Origin: Paragordius varius
Lineage: Eukaryota; Animalia; Nematomorpha
DNA: 64,000 bases
Assembly: GCA_964247055.1 (NCBI GenBank)
Contig: OZ176053.1
Span: 7,564,001 to 7,628,000 of the forward strand
Direction of reading: 5' to 3'
Shown: in pieces, positions 38,701 through 51,846 of the stretch
Numbering within the stretch: position 1 is the first letter of the stretch
Layout of the letters: the number at the start of each line of letters is the position of its first letter
Program-made: the position numbers and the translations under genes
Notes under the pieces: generated by a model
The model's database searches: none
Seen by the model: the letters and a program-made list of their open reading frames with translations, nothing else
What the model was told of the DNA's origin: nothing

Positions 38701-40241
38701 AGGTAGTATTAGTGTTAAATTTAATTAAACAATACGATAAAGGGTATCTTAAATTTGTGTGTTGTGAAACATATAAATTTTTTTTGGAAACAAATCAAAT
38801 CCAAATAACTGAATCAATAAGGTTAAATAACCATTAATTATATTTACAGATTACCTGTATTAATTATCGTCGATGACTTAATGTTTTATTATATATCCTT
38901 GGAATTTATACGCGCGTTAAACCAATCTTATTAAGTTCCTGAGTTGATTGGGGAGCTTTTTAAAAAAAATATAGAAGTTATTATTGGTTTTATTACAATT
39001 AATTCTAAAATGGCTTACGCTGAAAAGTAAAGGTCACCACTATATATAAAGATATAAACTTAACGACTCTATCATTTTTAGAGTCAAATATATTTTTAAA
39101 GCTTTTGATATTATACTATTAATATAGCATTTGCTCAAATTTATCCTTGAACAATTCAAATAAGCCCTTGAACAATTCAAATAAGTTCTTGAACAATTCA
39201 AATCGTTTATATTAACAATACTGAAAAAATAATAGATTATACCATATAATAATTCATATGAATGCCTAAGTTATATTAGCACGAAAACGCATAATTATTT
39301 TTGGGTGAATTTGAATTGTTCAAGGTTGAATTCGAATTGATCAAGGGGAAATATTAATCGTTCAAGAGGAAATTTGAGGTGAAAATGGTTTGTATGGAAA
39401 GTTCTTAACCCCCTTTTTACTAAAACGCTTATTGTCCTAACTCTTAATATATGGTTTATACAGAAATATCAAAGCTCAAATATTGCTAATGACATTATTT
39501 TTCGCATTATTTTATTAATTTTTACTCTGTTTAGCCGATTCCGAACAAACGAACGAAGATGAAACAGAAAGTAATAGCAGTATGCCGGATGAAACACAAC
39601 CAGACCAAAATTTGCAAACTGATGATGGTAACATAGGTACCCGCCTAAGTTCACGAAAACGCCTTATCAATAATAATAGCAATATGGGTACCTCAACAAT
39701 TAAAGCTGCCAAAAGTAGTGTTAATGCTACAGTTGGCACTCGAAATACAACTAGGACATTACGCTCAACCACTGAAGACTCTGAGGTAAAATAATTAAAC
39801 AATATACAGTCATGTATCCTCTATATTATCAAAAAAAAAATTTTCTTTGAATGGGATAAAATATTTGGTAAAGAAAAAAACAGGAGCTCTATGGTATTAA
39901 TAATATCATATTCATCAAAAAATATAAGAATTACCATAGAGATCTTGTTTTTTCCATTCTTTACCAAATATTTTACCCCATTTAACGAAAAAAATAAATT
40001 TTTGATAAAATAAAGGATACATGACTATAATATATAGTTAAAAGTATAAAAATTTGAACCATTTTGAAAACGGTACAGCTATTGTAATGGACAATTCTTT
40101 GTTTATATTTAAGGAAAAAATATAATTTATTTAACCATATAGTATTCAGCAACGGTACCTCGTATAGTTCGCCGTCCCAAAACACGAAAACCCTTGTATA
40201 TGGAAACACAACAAAATAACCATGAAGAACAAGTGACATAA
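32755..40241 (+). CDS. REEP: Receptor expression-enhancing protein, REEP1-4 subfamily (~463 aa); exons 32755-32786, 32814-32886, 33114-33193, 34087-34207, 36529-36642, 37384-37675, 38373-38702, 39535-39785, 40143-40241
   Basis: [48 protein letters not shown]...[45 protein letters not shown]...[12 protein letters not shown]...K/GQYTL...RKSQSLNDI. The first five exon boundaries fall where I recall them in vertebrate REEP1-4. Exons 7-9 were inferred from phase and open frame. Confidence 0.93.
34632..35754. mobile_element. Chapaev3-type non-autonomous DNA transposon in REEP intron 4
   Basis: Perfect 17-bp TIR CACTAGACAACAAATTT / AAATTTGTTGTCTAGTG with a 3-bp TSD TAA. Its end resembles 46793-46809. 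Confidence 0.75.
39127..39388. mobile_element. Foldback-type MITE with 21-bp subterminal repeats (degenerate copy, REEP intron 7)
   Basis: ccttgaacaattcaaat repeats on the left, gggtgaatttgaattgttcaag on the right; homologous to 61186-61546. Confidence 0.65.
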
Positions 40242-41348
40242 TTTGGATCCCCTTACTATCTAATATCACATTTGTGTATATATATAACCCTTGAATCTTT
40301 ACAGTAATCAATTAAAATTACAATACTATGTTAATAAAAAAATAACATATATATGCATATAGCTTTGTGTATTTGCCCTTTCATAAACGCTTATTGTTCA
40401 ATTATAGTCAAATCGATTGCATTACTAATTATAAAAAATCATTGAAAATCTTTTAAAATTATTATATATAATTTAATATTTATGAAAATGTTAGAAGGTT
40501 CTCATTATATATGTTCTACGAATTTTAGCATATAATTTTATAATTTCGCATGTAAAGAAAATACAACAAATAAATTAACCGTGTTTGACTTTTACTTGAA
40601 TGTTTATTGGAGTGAATCCTTTTTTATACATAAAGACATATATCAAAACTCTCAAATATCTTAATACAAACTTGATTTGTCACCATTTTATTCTATTAAT
40701 GTATGATATGTATATTATAGTAAAGCTATATAAATGTTCAGATACTTTGATATAAGCTTGCATCAAACAGCTTCAATATTTTACACACTCCATAATGTTA
40801 AAACTCAAATATTGTGTATTTGTAATTTTCTCCTATTAACATATATTGCCAGATACATTTTCCAGTATATTTACACCAACCTAAATTATTAAATCCATTT
40901 TTGGCTAAAATTATGTTAAAAAGTTAGATCTTGTTTTTTATTTACATACAAAATATAGCTATATTTGTGAGTGGCATTATTTCATGACACCTTTATAAAT
41001 GTGAAATAAATAATGTTTTTAATCATATATGCACGTATATAATACTATTTGTAATAAAATCAAATTTTTGCCTTAACATGCTATGATATTAATCAAGTTC
41101 CATACAACATATTATTTGATGTATTTTTTAATGAGTAAAAATTATTATTAAAAAATGGTTTTAAAAGGGTTTTTAACCTGCGGCAGACCGCATGGGGCTC
41201 TCAGCAACTTTTTCTGTCCGCGAAATAGTCGACATAAGCAGCTCGATTGCTACCACGGGCTTTTGGAAATATTTTATAACCAAAATATAATATGCGGTTC
41301 TAGAACCGCTTTTAAAGCAGAATCGTGGTTTTAATAAATAATTATTTA

Positions 41349-41465
41349 CCGTAAAAACTGAAATTATACGAACAAAACGCAACAATATAAAGACAGAGTG
41401 GTTGTCTTTAGAAAAAAATTATCTTTATATTTTTGCGTTATGTCCGAATAATTTCAGTTTTACTG
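41349..41465. mobile_element. Tc1/mariner-type MITE (family of 59127-59341; another copy ~47250-47534)
   Basis: TIR c(a/c)gtaaaa(a)ctgaaattat / taatttcagttttactg. Confidence 0.65.
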
Positions 41466-41863
41466 TTAACTTTTTTCCGTAATTTCTTCATATTTCGATT
41501 CATATATTTAAAAATAATAAGGCGCAGCTAATTTTGTTGTTATATTTAAAAATTTTATGGCATTTTATTTTCACAATATATAAAAATAATAAGGTTATTA
41601 AAATTTAAGAAAATGATACAAGCATTTGTGATTTTGAAACTATATGAAACACATCCTTAATTCGAACCAAAGACTTCATAACGTGGCTTTCTTTGAAAAA
41701 CATATGATACTTTTAAGGAATTTTCAGGGTGATAATGTTTAATCCTTTCTTCCAAAGTCAATTGCCTTTTCTCCGTATAGCATTTAAGCATAATTTATTT
41801 TTGATCTGAATAAGATTCATTCTAATGTAATATAAACAATAGTATTAGTATTAAGATGTATTT

Positions 41864-42040
41864 GAGAGGCGTGATGGTATTGTAGGTAGAACGCCGAACT
41901 CCTAAACTGTATGTCAGAGTTCGAACCCGAAACTCCGCAATTTTTCCATCATCACTGTCAGCCCTGGGCAGGCGAGTGTCAAAGCCTTCACATGTCCGGA
42001 TATAAAATAAGTCCTTACCCTTTAATAAAAATGAAAAAAG
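41864..42040 (+). mobile_element. tRNA-derived SINE (or tRNA pseudogene) with A and B boxes
   Basis: TGGTATTGTAGG A-box-like and AGTTCGAACCC B box (41918-41928), followed by a unique body and an A-rich tail. No intact cloverleaf or acceptor stem. Confidence 0.6.
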
Positions 42041-43475
42041 ATCTAAACTGTATATTATCGATTCGTTTATAAATTGTAACTAAATAAAACTATTAATTTG
42101 GCACGAGACCTATAATTTAATGTGCAATCCGCCGGATATTTTAAGCTAAAAATGCGACCCAAGAAGTCATTTATGGATCCATGGTTTATTGCATTAAATA
42201 ACTACAGTGTTCATTCTATGAGGTATAAAAAAATTTTTTGCCTGGTTATATATATCCTATAATTTTATATTTTAACTGAATTTTCTTAGTTACTTAACTA
42301 TCTTTTATCAATAATTAACAGCCTATTGAACAAATAATATATTTTTAATTGCAAATGTCATCAAACATATTTAAATTTATTTGTTATGGATTATGAGAAT
42401 AGTTTTGAACTATTGATCGGGTATTGAGCTATTTAATTGATTGCCTTTAACAAAAATTATTTTCGAGAGTACCACTGTAGTATTTATAGATAGGATTATA
42501 TTTTGATATGATTTTCAAGACTGCTTCAAATTGAACATAAGTTTGTTAAAATATAATAGATCCGATCCTCATTAACGTAATTGAGTACCAATATTTTGTA
42601 CCTTATATATATATATATATATTCGAAAAAAAGCTTTAGTTAATCATGGTTTAAGTTAATAAACATATCCTTTGATGATAAAATATTATTTTTCCAGAAA
42701 ATTTGTCACATACTTTTTAGCTAAATAATTTATATTTAATGAGAATTTATTGTTTCTGTGTTGTAATTTTTACATCAGAAGATTAAAAATATAAAACAGT
42801 GTCAATATTCATTTCAGCATATTTTCATCATTTCTTTATTAAAATAAAAAAAAGGAAGAGTTGTTTTAAACTATTTTTCCAAAAAAAACTTATTAATAAA
42901 TGTTTTATGACATTCACACTTCGGGGACAAAATTGATAATTATTATTATTACTGCTATTACTGTTAGCCATAAAAACATAATTGAAAATTTGGTCAATGG
43001 CATTGTTGGTATCATTTTCCATTATTATTGTAAAACATTTTATTTTGAAATGAAACTGCAAAAATTCTTTCTACCTTTTTTTCAATTCAATTCAATCAAT
43101 ATAATAAATGAAAAATGATGAAAATTACAAAAATATTTATATATATAGATTCAAAATAACACACGTTTTTACAATTTGCTTTTTTTTGCAACAAATAGTC
43201 ATGAATTTTATTAATTAAGAAAAATCTTTAGTTTAATGGTTCATAATAAAATGTTTCCAAATAATATTTTTAATTTTTGATTATTTAAACGCATTGTTTA
43301 AATCCAATTATAAAAAATAATTAATTAAATTAAAAATATTTAATATCTGATTTTTTATATTTCAAATTTATATATGAGTTGCCTTGGATCCAAACTTTTC
43401 TGCATCTGTGAATTGGAATCCCATTTATTGATAAAATCGACAGGTATTACTGAGGCACTCCCCTTAATCCTAAAT

Positions 43476-43514
<39 letters not shown>

Positions 43515-43589
43515 TATGTAGTTAATAAAAAAGAAATCCAAAATATTGGCCTGTTATTACTTTTACAATCAAAAACACAGTCAGTTATA

Positions 43590-46500
43590 TTATAAGAAGG
43601 CATCCTCATTCTGCCTTTTACCAAATCGATAATGATAATTTTGCGAATTTTTCTGTAACATAAAACCTTTTTATTATTTCCTAAATCCCACACATAAAAA
43701 TGTGGTTAGGTCTTCCAGCAAGCTTCATAATATTTATAATAAAATTCAGTTTATTATTATTATCTTTTTTATACTTTATTTATTTATTTTTAAGATCACA
43801 GAGAGTTAAGTTATTGAAAGAGAAAATTCAGGAAGTTTTTAACTGGATAAATTGGAAAACTTTACAATAAACTCGTAAATTTAAGGATAGATAGACTTAT
43901 ATATACATATATATATATAACTAAATGTAAACGGACAAAAATATAATTACTTTTTTTGTTTTTTGTAAAAACAGCGTTTCTTCTTCCAAAAGTAGTTAAT
44001 ACTCTTACACCTAAAATATATAATTACGATTGTTAATTCAAAAGCAATATAACTAACTACTATCCTACCATGAATTTTATGAAGAAAATTGTTTAGTCAA
44101 CTATGGTTTAGCGGGAAAACTACCATTTGTTATAGTGGTCGGCTATAAATTACTCAAAACTAAAAATAATAACAATAATCAAGGAAAAATTTTTTATTTT
44201 ATATTATGGTATCAAAATAGTCTATCCCATTGAAAGTTGAAAGGGATAGGAGATAAAAGAATACTAATGAGTTTTAGTTTTTATAATAAAACATTATATA
44301 AAACTTTTTTGATCACATAAAAGGCAAATAACGCCGTTGTCCGCATATAAGTTCCCCTCATCCCTAAAAAAGATAAATTTTGAATATAAATATATTTTTA
44401 TTATTACAAGTACAAAATTTTCAAGAATAAAACCTAAGTTTTGTATGTTTATTATGGCTAGTATTACATTTTTATAAATATTCATATCATTTATTGTAAA
44501 GAACCGTTTGTAATTTTATAATGAAGTATTTTATTGTTTTACGAAGAAAAATGAGACAATGTTGAAGAAAGGGACATTCATAATTAGCCTACAATGAATT
44601 AAATCACTTTTAAATTCATATTTGGCTTAATTGCAATTTTATATAACACACCAAAGTCAAACACATTTTTTTGATGCCATCCATCCATTTGATTCGATAA
44701 ATTTTGCATAACAATACATAAAAAAATTAAAATATTTCAGAATTTTACCAACCGAAACTTTAACCAGGCATTTAAATTCAACAAGTTCTATTTAAATGCC
44801 TGTGCCAGACCGGTCTGATTACATAAAAATACATTGCACCGGTATGACTCTTTGTTTTTTCATATCTTGTAAAACTGTAAGGTTGTTTTCTCAAGATTAC
44901 AATTACCTGACTCGGTTTTTGGATTATTGCTGTTTATTTTTTACTAAATTATTTGTTGATTGCACAAAAAATTAATATGTTTTGACTTCTCACTAACAAA
45001 CATAACAAAGAACAAATGTGACTTCAACTGAACACTTGTGTTTGAGCGTTTTACAGAGTCATTCTAAACTAATTACTGATTTTATTAATTCGGAGATTAA
45101 AGGCTGATTGATGTCTAATTTATAAGACGTATGGATACTATGAGACCGTTTTTTTAAAATACTGAAGGAACATATTAAATAAACCAAGTCAACATTTTAA
45201 TTATCGAAACAATGCCAAAATTTTAAAAACTGCATATCAATTATTACACTGCTCAACAACGTTTTGCACCACCCCATTTTTTTGTATTTTCTGATACCTA
45301 ATAGCATGGAAAGACCAAAACAAAAAAAAATTGAGGCCACCAATAGAATTTTTCCAAAATTTAATTTTTAATTTTGTATTTTAAAAAAACAATCATTCCT
45401 CGTGTACATATGTTTGAATATTTAAACGAGCAAATCGATGCAAGTAACATTCCAGATCCAGGTATTTTCATTATAATTTTACGAAAATGCAAAAATGATC
45501 CGAATAAATTTTTCATCTGTTGTGGTAAATATATATTTAAGGAAAACTTGCGAAATATCAATGTTAATACTGGAAAAAGCTTTAAAAAATTAACACTGGG
45601 GTATAATATATTTTTAAATATTAGTATCACATAAGTCAAAAAAGTATAAAATATTAGGCCAGGAGCTTGTAGAAAGTTACCATCGGATGGGTATATTATT
45701 TTATAAAATTTAGGCTGTAAAATGACTATGAAGCTACACATAATAGATGAAGATAAAAGATTTGAAGCGAGATACGACTCGCGAAACAATATTATTGATT
45801 TTATCTGGAATTTAATGCTACATAATTATTATACATATATTTATTTGTGGAAGTAACTAAAAAGATATACATGTAAATGGATATATAGACTATAATTAAC
45901 ACAATTTGAAAAATTTATATGCATGAATAACAAATTCTAGGCATTAAATAATATAAGATACTAGACAAGCTAAGAGCCAAAGTATTAATCTAAAAGGGCT
46001 TATGTATGGTGTGATAGATCCGGGCGGCTTGCATAAGCTCTGTAACTTATCCCCCAAGCGATCCTTAAATTATGCCAGATATGGCAAAGGTAAAAATAAG
46101 TATTCGTAGAGCGCGATAGGAGAGGTTTGCAAGTAAAATCCATTGACATGTCAAATTAACCAATTCACAGAATAAAGTAAAATAAATTCTTCCATTAAAT
46201 CGAATAAAGAGATTAGGTAAAAATGGTTCAATCCCATAATAATATATTTTACAAAAGTAGTTACCCAACATCCATCTGAAATTCAAAATTATAACCAATT
46301 ATTTTAAAAAATAATTAATATCCACTAGGTATAAATTGATGATTTTTTGTAAGATTTAACCGAAGAGAAAAACCCTAACTACTCGAAATAAGGAAAATTA
46401 ACAAAATAAATATAGCCTATCTGAAAGCCAAAGGTTTAAACCATAGAATGCCTTTTAGTATTTTTTTAATATAAATTTATACGTGTTTCAAATTAACTTG

Positions 46501-48673
46501 AAAAAAAAGAAGGAATTTTGACGTTTGTATCCGTACTATTTTTTTCTCCCTGATATTTAAATGACATATTTATATTCAAAAGATAGAGTTTTAAACGCTT
46601 TATTAAATGATATTAATTTTACAATATAATAACTTTTTTATAAAGTTATATTTAATTTTCTCTCGATTTTCTCTTGTTTTTGAAAAATTGAAAAACCTAT
46701 AATATCTCAAAATTCTGATTTTCAGATTCGGATATTAAACACTAAAATTAGTCATAATTTAAAATTTTGAGTGATGGTGCTCAAAAATGTCCAAATTTGT
46801 CGACTAGTGTTATTTAACTCATTCCCAGCTTTAATTATGATTGGACCACATTTTTAAATCGATCATCATTCTTCCAAAATATTGATTCAATCTTTTACAA
46901 AAAAATAATATTTATTTGTCACATGATTTAAAAATAAAATTTAACCCAAAAATATTTTAATTTAATAACGTTTACACACTTTTACATATTGAACAATGTT
47001 AACAATTAATAAGCAGAGAGCTTAATATTTAATCAATTATAATTAAATTTAGAAAATATGAATAATATTTTTTATATATTTAAATCATTTATTCATTCAT
47101 TATCCCAGAATTAGTTTATGTATTAAAGCATGTTAACAAAGTGGAATGATAATCATGATAAACCAGTAATAATTGAAAGTATTGTCATGGTTTACAAAAG
47201 GAGAGATTTTTAAAATTTCCTATTTAATAATGCTTAATTAATATTTTAACAGTAAAACTTGAAATACGGATAAAACGTAAAAATATAAGGACAAATATTT
47301 TTCCAAAAGACAACCATGTTTTTTAATTCTTGAATTATTTTAATATATCTGATTGTTTTAAAGTGAAAATTATATAATGGATTGTGTTACCATTAAACAT
47401 TTCTATCTCTACTTTATAGTTTGATACAATAAGTTATATTTGGAAAAATTAAGTTTCAAAAAGTATGGTTGCCTTTTAGAAAAAAATATTTGTCTTTATA
47501 TTTTTGTTCTGTCCGTTTAATTTCAGTTTTAACAGTAAATACAACTGATAATAAAAGATTAAACACTCAATTTATTTTTTCTTGTTTCTACGGATCAAAC
47601 CATTGCCTCAGATATTTGAACGGATTAAAGTTTAAACAATATTAAAAGCCAAACTTGGTTGCCATAGCCGCTTGATTTTTTTTAAAAACCACCATATATA
47701 AATTAAATTTGGTGGTGAACAAATTTAAAGAATAAGATGAGATAATAAAAATATTCAGCAACCAAAACACATAATAAAATACGCTAAAACAGAATTTTGA
47801 TTTAAAAGCATATTATAAGTTTTTTTTTGAAAATACCAATAATATATATTAAATTTTATGAGCGCATTCTTGAGTTTTGTGTTTTTAAAATTTACAAGCC
47901 GATTTTAACGTGGTTTTAAATGGATACTTTGGATTGTTTTGGTTAAATCGTATATATTATGAAGCAATAAGCTTCTATTAAAACATACAACTATAATGTT
48001 GGGATTTTCAAGCGAGTTATTATGAAAGGTGATAAATGATTCGTGCTTACAAAAACAACGATATAAATCTGGGTATGTTTATGAGTTCAAATTTAGTGAA
48101 CTTGTTTTGTTTAAAAATTTTATGTAAATATCTTTCAAAAATTGGAAATCATTACACATTGCACAAGGTGTTAACAGCCACCTGTAAGACAAGTATGTGC
48201 TCAATATTTTAAAAAATTAAAATTATTACATATAATTATTTCATTATTTTACAATTATTAGATTTATTCGTTTTTTGAGGGCAGTAAAGATTATACCCGG
48301 GCTGCAAAATCTTAGTTTCTCAAGCAGGGAAACCGACGACTCCTCTAAACAAAGATTTGATGTCATATGCTTCCTAAAATCCTTATTTATTACATGATTT
48401 TTGAAAAATTAGATAATAATAAGTTATTGAATCGTGGAATAAAATAAAATTACACCTTTCATTACATTCTAAAACAAGAGCATATGATTTTAGGTTTAAA
48501 ATCATATCTTATACATATACAAATTTTATAAATTCGTAAATAAAATTTTTCCATATATATATATTAATATTAAATAAAAGTTCACCGAATAAAATCCAAA
48601 TATATTTTATCGATATAATCATTCTCGCCTCGGGGATAAAATTTGCACCATATCGAATAATTAGTCAATCCTT
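43590..48673 (-). CDS. Candidate unknown multi-exon gene (exons 48673-48586, 48373-48297, 44363-44311, 43652-43590); last exon contains NYHYRFGKR
   Basis: GC-richer AG/GT-bounded open segments that join in compatible phases (2, 1, 0). No homology recognised, 5' end not found, alternative frames exist. Confidence 0.25.
45247..46809 (+). mobile_element. Chapaev3-like (CMC superfamily) transposon with an internally deleted transposase
   Basis: CAC...GTG termini with a 3-bp TSD TTA/TTA. Peptide HKSKKYKILGQELVESYHRM/GCKMTMKLHIID...RYDSRNNIIDFIWNL resembles the recalled motif NHKSxxY..LV..Y..LGCNMSLKIHFL...RYQGxW...MLADYCWxL. Confidence 0.7.
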
Positions 48674-51601
48674 CTATATTTACACAAATCTATCAAGATA
48701 AATTTGAATACTAATTCGTATATTGTGTATCGAAAATCATTGATTGTTTAAATAATTTCATATGTCTAACATTTATATATAACCCTGATACCAAAAAGCA
48801 TCGCATCCCGATTATGTCATGATAAATACATTTTATGCAGTTCTAAACAAATGGCAACTTTAAAAGGGTTGCTAATCATGTGTAACATGTAACAGTGGAT
48901 ATTTTTACGCATACAATCAAATCATATTTGACAATTACAAAATAGCGCCTCATTATCATACCTAGTTTGCGGTTTTTTACTGATATTGATCTTTGAAACA
49001 CCCATATGTAATGAATGAATTGATGTGTGTGTTTTTATAAACCGAAATGAAATAATTTTGAATTACCCTTCGCATAACATCTACTTATGGGGGGTTAGTG
49101 ATAGAATAGTCAAACTGCAAAATGCATGTTTATTTATCATGGCATCAAATCCCAAACTGTGTAATTTTTCTAACATTTCTTTGACAGGTGAGTATTATAG
49201 CTTTCACAGAGAATAACATAATTTAGGTTATTACAATTTGCCGGCGTTTCGTATCTATTAGAAATGAATTGCTATCCAGTCATTTTTTCAAATTTTAATA
49301 GAGTTTAATGATTTTTCTAATTCTGAGTGTTCATGCATTGTTTCCTAATAAGTCTTAAACTTATAAAATTTTCGAATTTTTTCATAAATTAACCCATTTT
49401 TTTGATGATTTAATATTTTTTGCAGTAACCTCAAAATGATGTTAAATACATTGTATCTTTTAGCTGTATTTTTATCTTTATATTTTGATCTTAGGGCTTT
49501 TGTCCTCATTAAAGGTTCTAACCAAAAGTATAAAATCAGTTATTTGACGCATTTTCGTTCTTTATTATTACATTTATATGTATTCTCAAATTTACGGTTT
49601 AAAACCCATTTTTTAGTATAACTTAAAGTTCCCAAAAGATAAAATAGAAATATCCCAATACACTAAGTACATACAATATAGATAATAATAATACATTGAT
49701 AGTTTTTCATTAATTGCTGCCAAATAGCATTTCCAGTAGAAACATTATTGGTTTATAGGTGGAGCATATAAAAAAATTTGCCTTTTCTTGCTCTTAGTCA
49801 ATAATATAATTTTTGATGTGAATGCTATCTGGAACTTTTAGATGAAAAACTAACAATATTCGTTCCTTAACATCTATAAAGGTAAATGAAAATAGCTCCA
49901 GATTGTCAAACAAAATCTAATGTGTTATTATGTCATTTGCTGGTCAATTTATTTCATAAATAAACATTAGTAAATTAAATTATAGGCTACGCCTGAAAAA
50001 ATTAAACATATATTTGTTTTTATATGTTATTTGCCAATTGTCTCCAGCTATTATATATTAAAATGTAACCATATAAAAGGACAGAATCGATGGCTAAAAG
50101 GCTGATGTCTGCTCATTAATATTATTATGGTTACACATGCTATGTTTTATTAAATTTTTTATGTTTTATTCATTAAAATATATATTAATAGTAAGTTGAA
50201 TAGTATGATAAAATAATAATATACTTTCTTACACCATATAAAATGGTAGTGCTTTAAATTTAAAAATCTACAAAAGTTATACAAAATTAATTTTAATAAA
50301 AGTTGTAATAGAAAGGATACAAAAATGAAGCCACTGACTTTTATATTGAACCAAAATTTATAAATATTTATGGTCACACAAGATACTTTTTACAGAATAA
50401 TTGCTCAAATAAATTATACGAAAACGCTTTAACAATTTTAACATTCATATAAAATTAGATTTGCAAATGGGCCACTTAAACTGTAAATTGGAATATAAGT
50501 TTAAAAGTTTTAATACTTGTTATAGAACGAAAATAGGCTTGAATTTGCTAAAAATAATTTTATACAGTCAGATATAGATGTACATATATATCATTGTCAT
50601 TCCTCATCAAAAAATTTATAACAACGATCGATAAATTATGCGAAAAAGTAATTTAGATAAAAGTAGTATATAGGTGTTTTTAGGTGTAAAATAATTTTTT
50701 TTATATCTAATACTTAAGCAAACCAAAAAAATACGGTTTGATATCCAAAATTGTATAATATGTTTATTCTTGCTTTAATCCATTTTAACTCTCCTTCATA
50801 AATATGTATAAAAATATCATTCCTTCCAGATATTTCTATATATTTTATTTATTTATATACTACCATTCAGTATACCATCTCATCATTATATTACAGTAGA
50901 TTTGAATTTTTCGTCTCGGATCTTTTAGATAGCAGCAGAAATTTGGCATGTATATATATATATATATATATATATGATACGTGTCATACATTATTTATGT
51001 GCTATTGATTAGCTTCGTGTGCTAATGGAAATATTGTTTTAGTTTTGTTAATGTAAGTCCCTTCTTTTTTGTTCATCGAGAGAGATATAGAGAGGTGTCC
51101 CATTTTTTTCAAAGCTCTCTAACTCTATATATATAGGAATAGCTTAAGTCAATTTCATTTTATTTCATGCTATGAACTAATTATTACTGCATAAATCATC
51201 TTATCATAGTAATGAAGTATGGTGTTTTGTGCGACCTTCAAATTTTTTAGTCAAGATATGCCGGATGTGTATTTCATTAAAATAATGGGTTTTGTTTTTT
51301 AGTACAGTCAAATTACACTAATATTTAAAGTGTTTTAAAAGCAACATGGCTCTGCTAAATTTAAAGTGTGAACCAGAATTAATATAATATGGCAGTTTTT
51401 TTAATAACTTGATGTTTTTCGCACCTCAAACATATAAAATGGATTTAATGGTTAACCACAACAATGTTAGATTCATACATGCATATAAATCAATAAATTT
51501 TGTATTAAACGATCTGTAAATTGTCCTTAACCCGTATTATGATAATCGAATATACCAAACATTTTGTTTTTAGGTTTGTATACTTATAATTGCCAAGAAT
51601 A

Positions 51602-51744
51602 TTATTAAAAAAATTAAGCTGAAATGCGTACAAATATAAAAAATATATATTTTAATTTTCGACTTTTATAGTAAAGTCTTTTGATAAAGACTTTACTATA
51701 AAAGTCTTATATTTGTACGCATTTCAGCTTAATTTTTTTAATAA
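51602..51744. repeat. Perfect nested palindrome (38-bp outer arms, 21-bp inner arms, 4-nt loop, 21-nt one-sided bulge)
   Basis: 51602-51639 is the reverse complement of 51707-51744; 51661-51681 is the reverse complement of 51686-51706. Confidence 0.9.
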
Positions 51745-51769
51745 ATTTTATAAATACAATGCGTAATTC

Positions 51770-51846
51770 TCACAATTCTAATGCCAAGAATATATTATGT
51801 TTACAATTCACAATTCTAATGCCAAGAATATATTATGTTTACAATT
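51770..51846. repeat. ~38-bp perfect tandem duplication
   Basis: cacaattctaatgccaagaatatattatgtttacaatt occurs twice. Confidence 0.85.

Noticed and set aside
41173-41230. TTAA-CCTGCGGCAGACCGCATGGGG piggyBac-like end
   Set aside because: No matching opposite terminus found in the window.
43475-43693. ORF-track protein ending YNYIYIYIY
   Set aside because: The tail is a (TA)n translation; the exon boundaries favour other frames.
248-45713. Micro-introns as Introner-type mobile introns
   Set aside because: The micro-introns share no sequence similarity or TIR/TSD, and at least one occupies an ancestral position.
45361-45789. 142-aa minus-strand hydrophobic ORF
   Set aside because: Antisense shadow of the Chapaev3-like transposase remnant.
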